From positions 167,154,001 to 167,218,000 of the forward strand of contig NC_086097.1 of NCBI RefSeq assembly GCF_963921235.1: 64,000 nucleotides of DNA, read 5' to 3'. The translations under genes were made by a program, and so were the position numbers. The notes under the pieces are model-generated. The model saw only the letters and a program-made list of their open reading frames with translations, did not search any database and was not told the origin of the DNA. The DNA is from Mobula hypostoma. Taxonomy: Eukaryota. Positions 62,752 to 64,000 of the stretch are shown piece by piece. Each line of letters begins with the position of its first letter. Position 1 is the stretch's first letter.

Positions 62752-64000
62752 AAAATAACAAATAAAATTAACTGTACTTATGAGGCCCACAAAGTTTCAA
62801 TGGCTCCTTTCAAATAAATGCAAGTAAGTGGCTTCTTTCAGTGTTCTGATACCAACTGGATGATTTATCTGATCTTTGTCCCATCTCTATACCCACATCT
62901 GCCCAGCTGTCCGACTCTTGAGTTTACAGAGGTACCCTATATATTTAGGCAAATGTTAAAGGGTCAAATCTCCACTAAATTCTCTAAATAATTATACTTC
63001 AAAAGATTGTTTAATACTTTAGCCCTAGTGGTCTGAGGTGAAATTTATTATTACAATCACACATTATTTAATTATTACTATCACACATGCCCTGGAATTT
63101 TCTCAGGCATTTAGCAATGAAATCTCTTGGATTGGAGTCAATACATCTCCTAAAAGATTCAGACTGAGAAATCTATAATATGCAGCATAAACCACGAAAT
63201 TATGCATAGAAATTGAAATGAAATGGCACAAAAAGGTAGTTAAGAACAAAAAAGGTGAAAGGGATAAAGAAAAAAGATAACAAGATGCTTTATTCCCCAG
63301 AAATATTTGAAATCTGAATAAATGAAACACCATTCTTGTGAAGTTAACTTTCTTTTGACAAGAAGGTTAATTGGCAGTAAATAAGATCTATATAACACGA
63401 GATATCCACACACTTGATTAGACAAACCTGAGAAGTTTAGTGATGGTTAAGTGAAAAATTAGCACAATCTAATGTATGAGACAAGCTAATTTATACAGGC
63501 AGAAGAGATTTAATTTAATTTGGCATCATGTTCAGCACAGACATTGTGGGCAGAAGGGCCTATTCTTGAACTCAATGCCTTGACTAACAAAGGCAAAATT
63601 GTTATATGCTTTCCTTAACAACCTATTGAATTGTGTGACCAGTATATGGTTGAAAAGTAGCAAAAGGGTGGAATAATTTGATCAGCAACTTCCACATATC
63701 CTGCCTCAACTACATGCCTATAGACGCTAGAGGTTGTATTTCATCACTTCTGGTCTTCTTGCGAGGCCACAGTGGAGATGGGACCTCAGGTGCTGTTTCT
63801 ACTGCAGCTCTGATCCCAGATTACCCTAAAGGCCTTTGTTCTAGATAACATTATTGTCATATACAATGAAATTCCTTGTTTGCATAAAGCTCCCAAGAGT
63901 ACAGTATGCATGTTAATAGTACGTATAATAAAGAGTACAAAACAACAGAAAAATGTAAACATTGTAGTGCAAAATAGTGACAGTAGGCTGAATCAAAGGT

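Overview
This is eukaryotic, AT-rich, repeat-dense DNA that looks intronic or intergenic. The repeat mix (CR1/HER1-type LINEs, V-SINE/HE1-like SINEs, Rex1/Babar, RTE, Penelope-like elements) suggests a cartilaginous fish, probably a ray; this is inference. I found no intact host gene, RNA gene, CRISPR array or prokaryotic system. The recognisable ORFs in the track are transposon relics, antisense shadows or tandem-repeat artefacts. Five things stand out. (1) Many short Penelope-like (PLE) insertions carry minimal type I hammerhead ribozyme motifs, two of them apparently intact. Several of these insertions are fold-back palindromes with long target-site duplications (TSDs), and some breakpoints fall at the ribozyme core. 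(2) A Chapaev3-like DNA transposon, missed by the ORF track, is split mid-transposase by a young RTE LINE. (3) Three hAT-type elements are nested inside one another. (4) Both minisatellites appear to grow out of PLE terminal sequence. (5) There is a clean solo LTR and a few weak micro-exon candidates for a possible minus-strand host gene. All family assignments are from motif recognition by eye; no database searches were run.
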